NCBI GenBank assembly: GCA_026391215.1 | Contig: JAPLDX010000096.1 | Span: 1-30,031, forward strand | Reading direction: 5' to 3' | DNA: 30,031 nt | Source of the DNA: Bacteroidia bacterium | Lineage (GTDB): Bacteria; Bacteroidota; Bacteroidia; Bacteroidales; VadinHA17 | In this document: piece by piece, positions 19,488-28,675 of the stretch | Layout: every line of letters starts with the position of its first letter | Position numbering within the stretch: position 1 is the stretch's first letter | Program-made: the position numbers and the translations under genes | Notes under the pieces: generated by a model | The model's input: only the letters and a program-made list of their open reading frames with translations | The model's database searches: none | Told to the model about the DNA's origin: nothing

Positions 19488-20522
19488 TCATGGCAAGGTT
19501 TTTCCGCTGTTCTTAAATAAGCCGGCCCCAATATCATAACCTAGCGAGCCTGGAATAGTATGCAGATAATCAATTGGTAGCGGTTGATCAATATTCTCTA
19601 TCAATCTCAATGAAATTTCACCTTCTTTTGTAACGTTTTTCTCCTTTAATTCAAATTCCCCGGGGACCAAAGCGCCTGTGCTATCCGAAATAACCTTGTA
19701 ATACTGATTGTTTACTATTATACAATTATCTATAGAATAGGATTTTGTTGTATTGAAATAGTTTTTAACCCAAACATGTATGCAATTCGAAACAACATTA
19801 TTCTCAAATTTAAAATCCTTATCAGGCCATGCTGTCCAAACTCCTTGTCTTGCTCCATAAATTATAGAGTTTGTTATACCGTTCCCGGTCTTTATTCCAT
19901 CTCCCGAATCCTGAAAAAATACTACGGTATTCCTCAATTTATAAAAGACACAGTGATCGATGTTAATTTCATTGCCATGAGCAATGATCCCTGCCTGGAT
20001 CTGAGAAACATTTTCATCTCCTACAAACATGCATTGCTCCACTGTTAAATCCGTTTTTGTTTTGTCAAATCTTGCAATCGGAAAATATCTTGTATTGGGA
20101 TAGAAATAACCGTGAAATTTAATACCTCTGATTGTAACGTGACTTTCATCGATTAAGAAACTTACAACAAAATGATAACTGTCCGGTATTTGTCCTTTTT
20201 TCGCCTTGCTTGCGATTACTGGCATTTGTTCCGGTGTCCATGATTTATCGTCAGGTAAAACGCTGGCTTCTATTATTATACGTTTATCAGTCATATCTTT
20301 TTCTGTTGTGACTGACACATGATTTTCCAGGATATAGGTGCCGGGATTTATTTTCATGATATAGATATTATTATCCCGGCTTCTGATAATTTCTGCAGCT
20401 TTATCAATCGAAAAAACCGGGGCTTCTTTGGTCCCCGGATTTTTATCATTTCCAATATTGCTGTCAACGTAGACTGCCTGTGCCAGAACAGTCAGGTAAC
20501 AGGTTAAAAAAACATTTCCCAT
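19488..20522 (-). CDS. Right-handed beta-helix (DUF1565 / pectin-lyase-like) secreted protein
   Basis: VYVDSNIGNDKNPGTKEAPVFSIDKA, PGTY, and Asn/Ile-rich beta-helix repeats (IDHCVF, ITNSII, IDNCII). Confidence 0.8.
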   Translation of the reverse strand: MGNVFLTCYLTVLAQAVYVDSNIGNDKNPGTKEAPVFSIDKAAEIIRSRDNNIYIMKINPGTYILENHVSVTTEKDMTDKRIIIEASVLPDDKSWTPEQMPVIASKAKKGQIPDSYHFVVSFLIDESHVTIRGIKFHGYFYPNTRYFPIARFDKTKTDLTVEQCMFVGDENVSQIQAGIIAHGNEINIDHCVFYKLRNTVVFFQDSGDGIKTGNGITNSIIYGARQGVWTAWPDKDFKFENNVVSNCIHVWVKNYFNTTKSYSIDNCIIVNNQYYKVISDSTGALVPGEFELKEKNVTKEGEISLRLIENIDQPLPIDYLHTIPGSLGYDIGAGLFKNSGKTLP

Positions 20523-20533
20523 TTACGATAGTT

Positions 20534-22171
20534 TTAGCAAAGTCCAAAAATTTTCATATCTTCTTCTACTGTTGTGATAGTTTGCACCCCAAACTTTTCC
20601 TGAACAACCTTAAGAACATTAGGTGTCATAAAACCAGGCAGGGTAGGACCAATATGTGTATTCCTGATTCCAAGATACAATAACGAAAGATGAACAATTA
20701 TTGCTTTTTGTTCATACCAGGCAATATTGAAAACGATCGGTAATTTATTGATATCGTCCAGGTTGAGAACCTCTTTCAGCTTAAGCGCAACGAATGCCCA
20801 TGAATATGAATCATTGCACTGTCCTGCGTCCAGCACTCTTGGAATGCCATTTATGTCTCCTAAATTCAATTTGTTGTAGCGGTATTTTGCACATCCCGAA
20901 GTCAGGATTACAGTGTCTTTGGGGAGTTGTTTCGCAAATTCAGTGTAGTATTCGCGGCTTTTTTGACGTGCATCGCAACCCGACATTACAACAAGCCTTT
21001 TTATCGCACCAGAGTTCACAGCTTCCAGAATTTTATCAGCAAGTGATAAAACCTGATTATGCGCAAAGCCGATTGTAATTTCACCATTTTCAATTTCAGT
21101 CGGAGGTTGACATTTAATAGCAATTTCTATAATTTCCGAAAAATCTTTTTGGCCGTTTGCCAGCTTCCTGTCAATGCGTTTCCATCCAGGCATTCCGGTA
21201 GCACCTGTCGTGAATATCCTTCCATTATAGGTTGTTGCCTTTCGCGGCGGGACTAGACAGTTTGTTGTAAAAAGGACAGGGCCATTAAAAGTTTCAAATT
21301 CTTCCAGCTGCCGGTGCCATGCATTGCCATAATTACCAACAAGATGCTTATACTTTTTCAATGAAGGATAGGCATGTGACGGCAGCATCTCGGAATGCGT
21401 GTAAACGTCAATTCCTTTTCCTTCAGTTTGGATTAAAAGCTGTTCCAGATCTTTCAGATCATGACCGCTGACGAGAATGCCGGGTTTTTTACCGACTCCG
21501 ATATTAACTTTTGAAATTTCAGGATTGCCAAATGTTGACGTGTTCGCTTTGTCAAGTAATGCCATGACTTTTACCCCATTTTCACCAGTCCTCATAACCC
21601 AGTCCAGCATACTATTTAAATCCATCGGTTTGGTGATCATTACAAGAGTCTCTTCCATAAAGTCATAGATATCCTGTTGCTCAAAACCAAGATTAAAAGC
21701 GTGCTCAGCGTATGCAGCCATTCCCTTAATGCCAAATAAGGCATATTGCTTTAATGCACGGATATCTTCATTGGTGTCATAGAATAATGTGCTTACATGT
21801 TTAGCTTTTTCATAAAACTCTGAAATGTCTGCTCCATTCCAGGAAATTGAGTCATGCTTTTCGCTGATCGGAACCTTATTCTTCAAATTATCCCGAAAGC
21901 CATTACAATCCTTTATTGCCTGAATTATTGCTTTATCATCAAAATTGGCATTAGTGATGGTCATAAACAGGCAATTTGTAATATGCTTGCTTTCGGCATT
22001 TGTAACAAGCCCTTTTTTTCGGGCTTCGATGGTTGTAAATGCAAGTCCCTGACAGGCAAAAACCAATAAATCCTGAATATTAGCGATTTCTTCTTTTTTA
22101 CCGCAGACTCCATTAATTGTACAGCCGGTATTTTTTGCTGTTTCCTGACATTGGTTACAAAACATACTCAT
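20534..22171 (-). CDS. hcp: Hybrid cluster protein (hydroxylamine/NO reductase)
   Basis: [53 protein letters not shown] and WYEQKA. Confidence 0.97.
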   Translation of the reverse strand: MSMFCNQCQETAKNTGCTINGVCGKKEEIANIQDLLVFACQGLAFTTIEARKKGLVTNAESKHITNCLFMTITNANFDDKAIIQAIKDCNGFRDNLKNKVPISEKHDSISWNGADISEFYEKAKHVSTLFYDTNEDIRALKQYALFGIKGMAAYAEHAFNLGFEQQDIYDFMEETLVMITKPMDLNSMLDWVMRTGENGVKVMALLDKANTSTFGNPEISKVNIGVGKKPGILVSGHDLKDLEQLLIQTEGKGIDVYTHSEMLPSHAYPSLKKYKHLVGNYGNAWHRQLEEFETFNGPVLFTTNCLVPPRKATTYNGRIFTTGATGMPGWKRIDRKLANGQKDFSEIIEIAIKCQPPTEIENGEITIGFAHNQVLSLADKILEAVNSGAIKRLVVMSGCDARQKSREYYTEFAKQLPKDTVILTSGCAKYRYNKLNLGDINGIPRVLDAGQCNDSYSWAFVALKLKEVLNLDDINKLPIVFNIAWYEQKAIIVHLSLLYLGIRNTHIGPTLPGFMTPNVLKVVQEKFGVQTITTVEEDMKIFGLC

Positions 22172-22183
22172 AATATTTAAGTT

Positions 22184-22696
22184 TTAAAGGTTAATCTTTT
22201 TACTTATTCCCTCAATATAGGGTGAAAATTTTTCTCCGTCCTGAGAAAACTCAAACCTTGTATTAACCGTTTCAGTGTCAATCAATTTATAGACAAGACG
22301 AAAAACAGGTCTGTTTGGGGCTTTATCACTGGTCAATACGATTTCCTTATCCGAATAAGAGATTGTATAATTTATTGTATGCCCTTCATTATCAAAGTAG
22401 ATAGCCTTGTTTGGGCTGTCTGTAGAATCCAAATATACTATCATTAAGTCTTCGTGAACCACCGTGGATTTGCCTTCAGTTGAAGGATATTCAGAATGGC
22501 TTTTTCTTATAAGAACTTTGCTGTCAAGATCAAGAGAGAATGAAAATGTTCCACCTCCTGATCCCGGTTTTCCTGATCCTTCACCACTCCAGTCCCCAAT
22601 TAGCCAATTCCATTTATCCCATGCAGAACTTTGCTGCCCGGAGCAAATGTTTATAATCAGGGACAGAGCAAGAGTCAATAATATTTTATACTTCAT
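22184..22696 (-). CDS. Secreted hypothetical protein, probable lipocalin/THAP4-like beta-barrel
   Basis: Signal peptide, WLIGDWSGEG (GxW) motif, AIYFDNEGH, and an alternating beta-strand pattern. Confidence 0.65.
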   Translation of the reverse strand: MKYKILLTLALSLIINICSGQQSSAWDKWNWLIGDWSGEGSGKPGSGGGTFSFSLDLDSKVLIRKSHSEYPSTEGKSTVVHEDLMIVYLDSTDSPNKAIYFDNEGHTINYTISYSDKEIVLTSDKAPNRPVFRLVYKLIDTETVNTRFEFSQDGEKFSPYIEGISKKINL

Positions 22697-22730
22697 TTGT
22701 TAAAGTAAGTAAATATTCCAGTCAGTAAGA

Positions 22731-22761
22731 CTATTTAATGCATTTCTAATAGTCAGGGTGC
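22731..22761 (-). repeat. Decayed attC-like left arm
   Basis: The minus strand reads GCACCCTGAC-N14-TAAATAG with the gene's TGA stop inside the core, the same layout as the 27597-27658 site. Confidence 0.35.
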
Positions 22762-23700
22762 ATCAACAATATGATTGTTTTCTTTAATTTCTTTTATGGC
22801 CGCGATCAATCCTTCTTTATACGACGGATATTCCGGTTTCCAGTCCAACATTCTTTTTGCTTTTGCATTTGAAACCTTACAATCCATTCGAATTACTTCA
22901 TAGAAGTCTTTTCCTAATACAAGTTTCATAATAAATGCGGGAATATGTCCGGGTTGCTTTTTGTTCATTAATTCAGCCATATAGAATGTGAAATCCTTCT
23001 GGCTTACCGCTGTATCGTCTGCAATAATGAACTTTTCGCCAATTGGCAGCTTCTCAATGGCTTTAATTATTGCGGATGCAGCATCGCCTGCATATATGTT
23101 TGGAATACAATTATCACCCTTGCCAATAACACTGCTGCGACCTTTCTCCATCATATTGTACATAAAACGGAAGAGTCCGCCATTACCATATATTTTCCCA
23201 TACAGAAGTTGTACGACCTCAGGTTTTCCGGACTTTATAGCCTGATTAACCATTTCATCAGTATCCTTTCCAATTTCAGTCAGCCCGATCCTTAATATTG
23301 GCCATGTTTCATCTGCTATTTCATCACCTGTTGTCTTGAAGCTTGTTCCTGAAGGTAAAATTATCGGGATATTAAAGTGAACTGCCAGATCCATGGAATT
23401 GCGAAAAAAATCATTTGTTTCTTTTCTCAATTCTTCTTTACGCTTCTTAGTCATCCTATGCCCGGGTTTGACACCTGGCATAGCGAGCAGCACAATTATA
23501 TCCAGCCTGTCTGGCAAATTCTTCTTAAAATCTTGTGGATTTCTTATATCACCTAAAATGCCAAAAGCGCCTGATTTCTTTATTCTTTCGATTTTGTCTG
23601 CAGAGCGGGTCAGAACATATACTTCATTCCCGTTTTCGATTAATCTCGGAAGCAAATAACTTCCTACTAATCCGGTTCCTCCAATTACGAATATTTTCAT
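22753..23700 (-). CDS. NAD-dependent epimerase/dehydratase family protein
   Basis: GGTGLVG, IYG, DAA, and VSNAKAKRMLDWKPEYPSYKEG. Confidence 0.9.
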   Translation of the reverse strand: MKIFVIGGTGLVGSYLLPRLIENGNEVYVLTRSADKIERIKKSGAFGILGDIRNPQDFKKNLPDRLDIIVLLAMPGVKPGHRMTKKRKEELRKETNDFFRNSMDLAVHFNIPIILPSGTSFKTTGDEIADETWPILRIGLTEIGKDTDEMVNQAIKSGKPEVVQLLYGKIYGNGGLFRFMYNMMEKGRSSVIGKGDNCIPNIYAGDAASAIIKAIEKLPIGEKFIIADDTAVSQKDFTFYMAELMNKKQPGHIPAFIMKLVLGKDFYEVIRMDCKVSNAKAKRMLDWKPEYPSYKEGLIAAIKEIKENNHIVDAP

Positions 23701-23708
23701 AAGGTGAG

Positions 23709-24128
23709 TTATTTGTTTATTTCAAATTCAATAAGTTCAATCGGAGCGCCATTATGTTCAATCATCGTTACTCTTATTCCCTCAAAATTTGATGCTGGTT
23801 CTGAAATCACTTTAAAATCATGGCTGGCAAGTTCGTGTTCTATATTCTTGACTTCAAACGCAATGTGTGGAACCGTCCGGATCAATTTACTGACAGGACT
23901 CTCTTTTTCAAATCTCATCCATTCAATTCCAAAAGGGCTGGTATTAAAGCCGGAGACATAAAATTTAAATTTTGCTAAATAGGTTTCCCCGGGTATTTTC
24001 TTTTTCGTGGGAATTCCTATATGATGATATTTCCATCCCCATTTAACTATCGATAATGGGAGTTCATGATCCAATCTTAGTTTATTCACTTTATTGTCAG
24101 AGTTGACCGAAGGCTTTTTCATAATCAT
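23709..24128 (-). CDS. VOC/glyoxalase-like protein
   Basis: YHHIGIP, IEWMRF, PHIAFEV and PIELIE (paired His/Glu metal ligands). The start is uncertain. Confidence 0.75.
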   Translation of the reverse strand: MIMKKPSVNSDNKVNKLRLDHELPLSIVKWGWKYHHIGIPTKKKIPGETYLAKFKFYVSGFNTSPFGIEWMRFEKESPVSKLIRTVPHIAFEVKNIEHELASHDFKVISEPASNFEGIRVTMIEHNGAPIELIEFEINK

Positions 24129-24670
24129 TTATGTGTCAATGTAATATCATCAAAAAATACCGTACCAGTAGTACTATTAAGATATACTAAAAAGACATAT
24201 ATTTTATTAGTATTAACAGACAAGTCTGAAAGGACAACACTGTATTCAGCCCAATCAAAAGTGCCGCTGATATAACCCATATCCTGAGTTGTCACAAATT
24301 GATAAGTGCTATCCGCATCAGCCCTGATTGCAATGGATATTCCATTTCCAGATAGATTAACACCTTTTATTCTTGCAGTCAGAGTCAAATCCTCACCAAA
24401 TGGCATTTCGCCTTCATATAATTGTCCCCAGTACCAGTAATTTGCATAATCAAGAGTCGTTCTGTCTATTTTTAAAGAATAAGATGTCGAAAATGAATCC
24501 TCATTAGTCCGAGATGCATTAAAACCACTGCTGGTTCCATTACTGAACCAGACTGACATATTTACTGATTCCAAATCAGTATTTACTAATAGCTGAGTGG
24601 GAATTTTATCTTCCTTTTTACAGGAGATAAGTATGCAAAAGGCCAGGATGATTAGTGATACTTTTTTCAT
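24125..24670 (-). CDS. Lipoprotein with a galactose-binding-like (CBM4/9-type) beta-sandwich
   Basis: Lipobox LISC, L.N..LE, GTFDWAEYSV and GTVFFDDITL. Confidence 0.7.
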   Translation of the reverse strand: MKKVSLIILAFCILISCKKEDKIPTQLLVNTDLESVNMSVWFSNGTSSGFNASRTNEDSFSTSYSLKIDRTTLDYANYWYWGQLYEGEMPFGEDLTLTARIKGVNLSGNGISIAIRADADSTYQFVTTQDMGYISGTFDWAEYSVVLSDLSVNTNKIYVFLVYLNSTTGTVFFDDITLTHK

Positions 24671-24708
24671 ATGATTCTATTTTAGAAGTGGTGCAAAAAC
24701 TAAGGAAA

Positions 24709-24742
24709 CCTGATTTACTTTATTGATCGTGTCAGGCGGCGG
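24709..24742 (-). repeat. attC-like left arm (R''-L''), right arm lost
   Basis: Immediately after the stop, the minus strand reads CCGCCGCCTGAC-ACGAT-CAATAAAG-TAAATCAGG, which aligns with CGCTAAC-AGCGC-CAATAAAA-TAAATAGG at 27631-27658. Confidence 0.65.
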
Positions 24743-25894
24743 TTATTCTTTTAGTTTTATATTAATCGTGAAAATGTTGTTTATACGATTACTTATTTTA
24801 ATGTCAATTATCCTTTGTTCATTTATTTCTAAGATTTCCTTGTAAAATGCAACTCCCTTTTCTATTGTTTTTTTATTTATAACAAGTAAGTACTTATTCT
24901 CAAAATCTGAAGTTGTACTATAACTAATTTCGCTCATTTTCCCTTTTATTCTGGAATGAACTATATCTGTTAATTTTTTTATCACAAATTGTTTAGAATA
25001 GATTAAAACAATACCATTTGTGGCATCCGATTTTGGAAATTTCTCTTTAATCAATTCTTTATCTCTAAGAATTTCTAACCATGCAATTTCAATCCAATCA
25101 AGATTTTCAAGACTGTTTTTATCACGGATGTCATTGCTTAGTATTTCTTTTTCATCTAATATATAAACGGGAGGATTAATTTGAGCAAGACGCTGCTGGT
25201 AAGTCCCTTTAGCCTCTTCATACTTTATTGAGATATTATTTTTTAAATCAGGTTCCAGATCGTTATATTTCCAGACTATTTGATTTTCAGATTCAGTAAA
25301 GTTGTCGGGAGTAACTTTTAATAATAACTCTTTATCAATATTCTTTAAATTGACAATTATCTCAGCTGTATCAATTGTTCCATACCAGCCAGATCCGGTA
25401 CTAAGCAAATAATCAAACTTAGAATAAAGATTGTTCTTAACTAATCCATGAGGTAGTGAGTATGAAACAACAATCACTTTTATTTCATTCTCGTCGAAAT
25501 ATGTATCCCATAAATACCAGGGTTTTTTATTATTATCGATAATGGCTAAGTTTATAGAATCAGGAGTAAAAAAAACAATATTGTTTATTTTTTCCCCATT
25601 CTCATATACATTAATTGGATTAAATTTCAAGCTATTATAACCATTAGAATAATAGTTCATATTTGGGTAACCAATTTGAATTTTTTGAGCTTTCCCTTTG
25701 TTATGCAGTCTGAAGAAACAGTGAACAAATGAACTATCAATGGTTAAATCCACAACAACCTTCTCATAAGTCATTTTTATCTCTGCAGGTTCAGTCATCG
25801 ATATCCCTGTTGCTTGAATTGGAGAAGGGGCTATGTCTGCTTCAATACTTAAAGAATATAAAAACAGCAGAGTAACAATTATTAAGTACTTCAT
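24743..25894 (-). CDS. Secreted protein, DUF4424-like N-terminal domain
   Basis: Signal peptide, then IKMTYEKV...F...N...IGYP and FDYLLSTGSGWYGTI. Very AT-rich. Confidence 0.65.
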   Translation of the reverse strand: MKYLIIVTLLFLYSLSIEADIAPSPIQATGISMTEPAEIKMTYEKVVVDLTIDSSFVHCFFRLHNKGKAQKIQIGYPNMNYYSNGYNSLKFNPINVYENGEKINNIVFFTPDSINLAIIDNNKKPWYLWDTYFDENEIKVIVVSYSLPHGLVKNNLYSKFDYLLSTGSGWYGTIDTAEIIVNLKNIDKELLLKVTPDNFTESENQIVWKYNDLEPDLKNNISIKYEEAKGTYQQRLAQINPPVYILDEKEILSNDIRDKNSLENLDWIEIAWLEILRDKELIKEKFPKSDATNGIVLIYSKQFVIKKLTDIVHSRIKGKMSEISYSTTSDFENKYLLVINKKTIEKGVAFYKEILEINEQRIIDIKISNRINNIFTINIKLKE

Positions 25895-25926
25895 CGGCAG
25901 ATATTTTTCTTTCTGATTGTTATTTC

Positions 25927-25962
25927 CCTTAGTAAATATTTCATGCCGTTGTCAGTGGCTTG
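25927..25962 (-). repeat. Decayed attC-like left arm
   Basis: After the stop, the minus strand reads CAAGCCACTGAC-AACGG-CATGAAATATTTACTAAGG. The core position matches the other sites but the inner part is degenerate. Confidence 0.4.
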
Positions 25963-26955
25963 TTATTTAGTTATTAAAACATATTCATATGGAAGTAAAT
26001 CCCCAATTCGCTGAGTTATCATCTGACCTTCCCAGCTTATCCCGGATGCATCAAAATATCCAGAACCATCAAAGAAAACGCGGTCTTTAAGAAATATAAT
26101 GTAACTTTTAACATCCTTTGAATAGTAAGTAATAATTAAATTTTCCCTGTAAGATAGATACCTCTTATGGTCATTCTCTTCCAATACTATTTTCTCATAG
26201 TTCAGGCTTTCTTCCGAGGAATTTTGTACAACAAATCCGGTGGCATTCAGATTATCTGCCCATAATTCTCTGAAAAAGTGCATTCTTGATCCCATGTAGG
26301 CATTTCTTCTATGTCGTTCATAAGATTGTTTTCGAATCTCTTCAGTGGTCATATCTTCGTTGAAAACAATATTCCCTTTGAAAAAGAAAGTCTTCTCCTT
26401 TCTATCATACTCAAATTTATCCAGAAAATATGTGATTTTATATCCCAGAGCTCTATTTTCAATTTGAAGCGGTTTAGAAGCAAATGCTTTCAATGTGTCT
26501 TTGTCAGATTTATAATTGAAAGTAATATCGTTTTCATTAATTATCTTGCACCAATGGGCAATTGAGGTTGTTCCAAGAAATACATTCTTGAAAAGTTCAA
26601 GATTTGATCTCCTCTCACGAGCGAGTGATTTGGCATTGATGACAACCTCACTAAGATTATATACTTTACGCGTTAAATATATTATAAGTGGATTATTACT
26701 TGAAAAGCTATTTACGGTAGATGAATTATAACCTACTGCGCTAATTGATAGCGGCATGGAAGCATTTTTTGATACATCAATCTGAAAGTTCCCATTTTGA
26801 TCCGAATAGGTTCCAACAAATGTTCCATTAAAATAAACAGTTGCATAAGCTATCTTATCTTCTGTTTCCTTATCCAGAATAGTCCCTTTTATAATTTGAT
26901 TATAAGCAACTAAAAAGTGATTAACCAGCAGTACTAATAAAACCAGCTTCTTCAT
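25963..26955 (-). CDS. Carboxypeptidase-like regulatory (CarboxypepD_reg-like) domain protein
   Basis: Signal peptide, IKGTILDKET...YATVYF..T..GT.SD.NG.F...ISAVGY...L...VYNLSEVVI, and GSRMHFFR. Confidence 0.85.
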   Translation of the reverse strand: MKKLVLLVLLVNHFLVAYNQIIKGTILDKETEDKIAYATVYFNGTFVGTYSDQNGNFQIDVSKNASMPLSISAVGYNSSTVNSFSSNNPLIIYLTRKVYNLSEVVINAKSLARERRSNLELFKNVFLGTTSIAHWCKIINENDITFNYKSDKDTLKAFASKPLQIENRALGYKITYFLDKFEYDRKEKTFFFKGNIVFNEDMTTEEIRKQSYERHRRNAYMGSRMHFFRELWADNLNATGFVVQNSSEESLNYEKIVLEENDHKRYLSYRENLIITYYSKDVKSYIIFLKDRVFFDGSGYFDASGISWEGQMITQRIGDLLPYEYVLITK

Positions 26956-26968
26956 AAGAGATCTTTTA

Positions 26969-27001
26969 CTAATTTATTTTAGCATTGACCGTGTCAGGTT
27001 T
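26969..27001 (-). repeat. attC-like left arm downstream of the toxin gene
   Basis: The minus strand reads AAACCTGAC-ACGGT-CAATGCTAAAA-TAAATTAG. It shares CCTGACACGRTCAAT (14 of 15 identical) with the 24709-24742 copy. Confidence 0.6.
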
Positions 27002-27006
27002 AGATT

Positions 27007-27306
27007 TTATTTAGTGATCTTACTGTCAGGATATTGTCTGGTATCCCAGATTGTATGGATTACTATCTTATCCCTGGTAATTTCGTAGTATATAATAAAA
27101 TCATCTATTATCAATCCCCTGATGTCATCTTTTGTTGTTTTGAGTCCTATTTCAGGGAATTTAATTATTATTTTTACTTCTCTGTGAAGTAAACGATATA
27201 AATTAATTGAACAGGTTTTGCTTTTATTTCTCTCGATATGGAACTCGAGGATACCATAAAGTCTTTTCTTAGCCCTGTTTGACCAAATTATCTTGCTCTT
27301 AGCCAT
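27007..27306 (-). CDS. RelE/ParE family type II toxin
   Basis: IIWSNRA...L..I...FPEIG...IRGLII.DFIIYY....IVIHTIWDTRQ. Confidence 0.9.
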   Translation of the reverse strand: MAKSKIIWSNRAKKRLYGILEFHIERNKSKTCSINLYRLLHREVKIIIKFPEIGLKTTKDDIRGLIIDDFIIYYEITRDKIVIHTIWDTRQYPDSKITK

Positions 27307-27524
27307 TGTCTTACTTCTTTATCCAGGACACTATTTTCAAGAAACATACCTTGCTGAATTTCTTTTTTTGAAGTAATAATGTCATCAAGTTGATTGGGAG
27401 TCAGCTGGATGACACCAGATTCAGTTTTTGTATCAAGGATTGTTTTTAATGCCTTGAGAAACGATATGTCGTTTATTTCAGAGATCCGGTGAATTAAAAG
27501 TGTTCTAAGCTCAGATGCTGTCAT
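27288..27524 (-). CDS. Cognate antitoxin (addiction-module type)
   Basis: 78-aa ORF upstream of and overlapping the toxin, with the pattern 'L...I..I.D...L..L...LT..Q...I.....I..G......WL'. Confidence 0.8.
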   Translation of the reverse strand: MTASELRTLLIHRISEINDISFLKALKTILDTKTESGVIQLTPNQLDDIITSKKEIQQGMFLENSVLDKEVRQWLRAR

Positions 27525-27596
27525 GATAGCGAATGTATGTTTAAAAGATAACTAAACCCAGGAAATTTTCAGTCAGGATAGAATGTACAAAATAAA

Positions 27597-27658
27597 AGCT
27601 AACGGTCAGGTAATGAAGTTAGCAGACAAGCCTATTTATTTTATTGGCGCTGTTAGCG
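27597..27658 (-). mobile_element. Near-complete attC-like recombination site (62 bp)
   Basis: The minus strand parses as R'' CGCTAAC (contains the TAA stop), 5-nt spacer AGCGC, L'' CAATAAAA, 21-nt centre, L' TTCATTA, spacer CCTGACC, R' GTTAGCT. GCTAAC/GTTAGC pair perfectly and the L boxes pair imperfectly. Confidence 0.7.
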
Positions 27659-28660
27659 GTTATTTTTCTTAAAAGAATATTCATATGGGAGCTGGTCCGC
27701 AATGCGTTGATTCGCCATCTCCCCATCCCATCTTAATCCAATTCCATCAAAAATTCCATTCTTATTAAAGTAGACACTGTCTTGAGTAAAAATAATATGG
27801 GTTACAGGAATTTTCTTGCTGTAGGAAATTTCCAGAGACCCCTTATTCTTAAGGTATTTTGAAAGGCTATCTGTTTGAATTACAAGATCGTCATAGCAAA
27901 GTTTATTTTTTTTATTATCTAAAACGGAATATCCCGATAAATCCAAGTCATTTTCCCAGAGCGTTCTGAAAAAGTGCATTCTCGAACCCAAAAATGCGAT
28001 TTCTCTTCTTCCTTCAAACCTCTGAGTGCGTTTTTCCCGGGTTATTGAATCCTCAAGGAACATAATATTCCCATAAAAATAAAAGTAATCTGTCTGTGCT
28101 GAATATTCAAACATATCCAGGTAATAAGAAATTTTATACCCTAATGCCTTATTCTCAATTAAGAGAGGTTTCAAAGAAAAAGCAGTGATTGTATCGCCAA
28201 AAGAGCTGTATTTAAACATTAAGTCATTTTCATTTATTATTTCGCATTTTTGAGCATTCGAAGTCTTCCCGATAAAAACCTCTCTAAAAATTTTAATATT
28301 AGCCTTTCTCTCTCTTCTTATTTTTGCATTGCCCTTAGTACTTATGACAACATCATTTAATTCAAATATCTTGGGTTTCAGGTATATTCTATAATATTTA
28401 CCGGATGAAAGATCAGGTACAGCATTAGAATAGTATCCTAATGCACTAATTATTAATGGCATTGATTTGTTCTTTGAAATATCTATTTCAAAATTGCCAT
28501 TTTGATCTGAATGAGTACCTACAAATGTTCCATTGAAATAGATTGCAGCAAAATTTATGGGATTATTCGTAGATAGGTCCTGAATAGTCCCTTTAATGAT
28601 CTGAGAATAAGTTATTGTACAGAAATTGATAAGTACTAATGCTAATGTGATCTTCCTCAT
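27653..28660 (-). CDS. CarboxypepD_reg-like domain protein, paralog of 25963-26955; start placed at MRKIT
   Basis: Signal peptide MRKITLALVLINFCTITYSQ. Shares YFNGTFVGTxSDQNGNF, ENxALGYKI, GSRMHFFR and QRIxDxLPYEY with the paralog. Confidence 0.85.
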   Translation of the reverse strand: MRKITLALVLINFCTITYSQIIKGTIQDLSTNNPINFAAIYFNGTFVGTHSDQNGNFEIDISKNKSMPLIISALGYYSNAVPDLSSGKYYRIYLKPKIFELNDVVISTKGNAKIRRERKANIKIFREVFIGKTSNAQKCEIINENDLMFKYSSFGDTITAFSLKPLLIENKALGYKISYYLDMFEYSAQTDYFYFYGNIMFLEDSITREKRTQRFEGRREIAFLGSRMHFFRTLWENDLDLSGYSVLDNKKNKLCYDDLVIQTDSLSKYLKNKGSLEISYSKKIPVTHIIFTQDSVYFNKNGIFDGIGLRWDGEMANQRIADQLPYEYSFKKNNR

Positions 28661-28675
28661 AACGGGCAGGTTAAA

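Noticed and set aside
20534-22696. Nitrobindin plus Hcp NO-detoxification operon
   Set aside because: The beta-barrel protein lacks the C-terminal heme-ligating His of nitrobindins and has a signal peptide. Adjacency inside an array of unrelated genes is weak evidence.
26998-27014. Complementarity between the TA unit's start (GTTAGCTTTTATTTTG) and its end (reverse complement GTTTAGATTTTATTTAG)
   Set aside because: The match needs a gap and is mostly A/T, and the adjacent CCTGACACGGTCAAT arm fits the repeat family better, so I did not use it as evidence.
25963-28660. Diversity-generating retroelement TR/VR pair
   Set aside because: The paralogy spans whole genes with differences at all bases, not adenine-specific, and there is no reverse transcriptase in the window.
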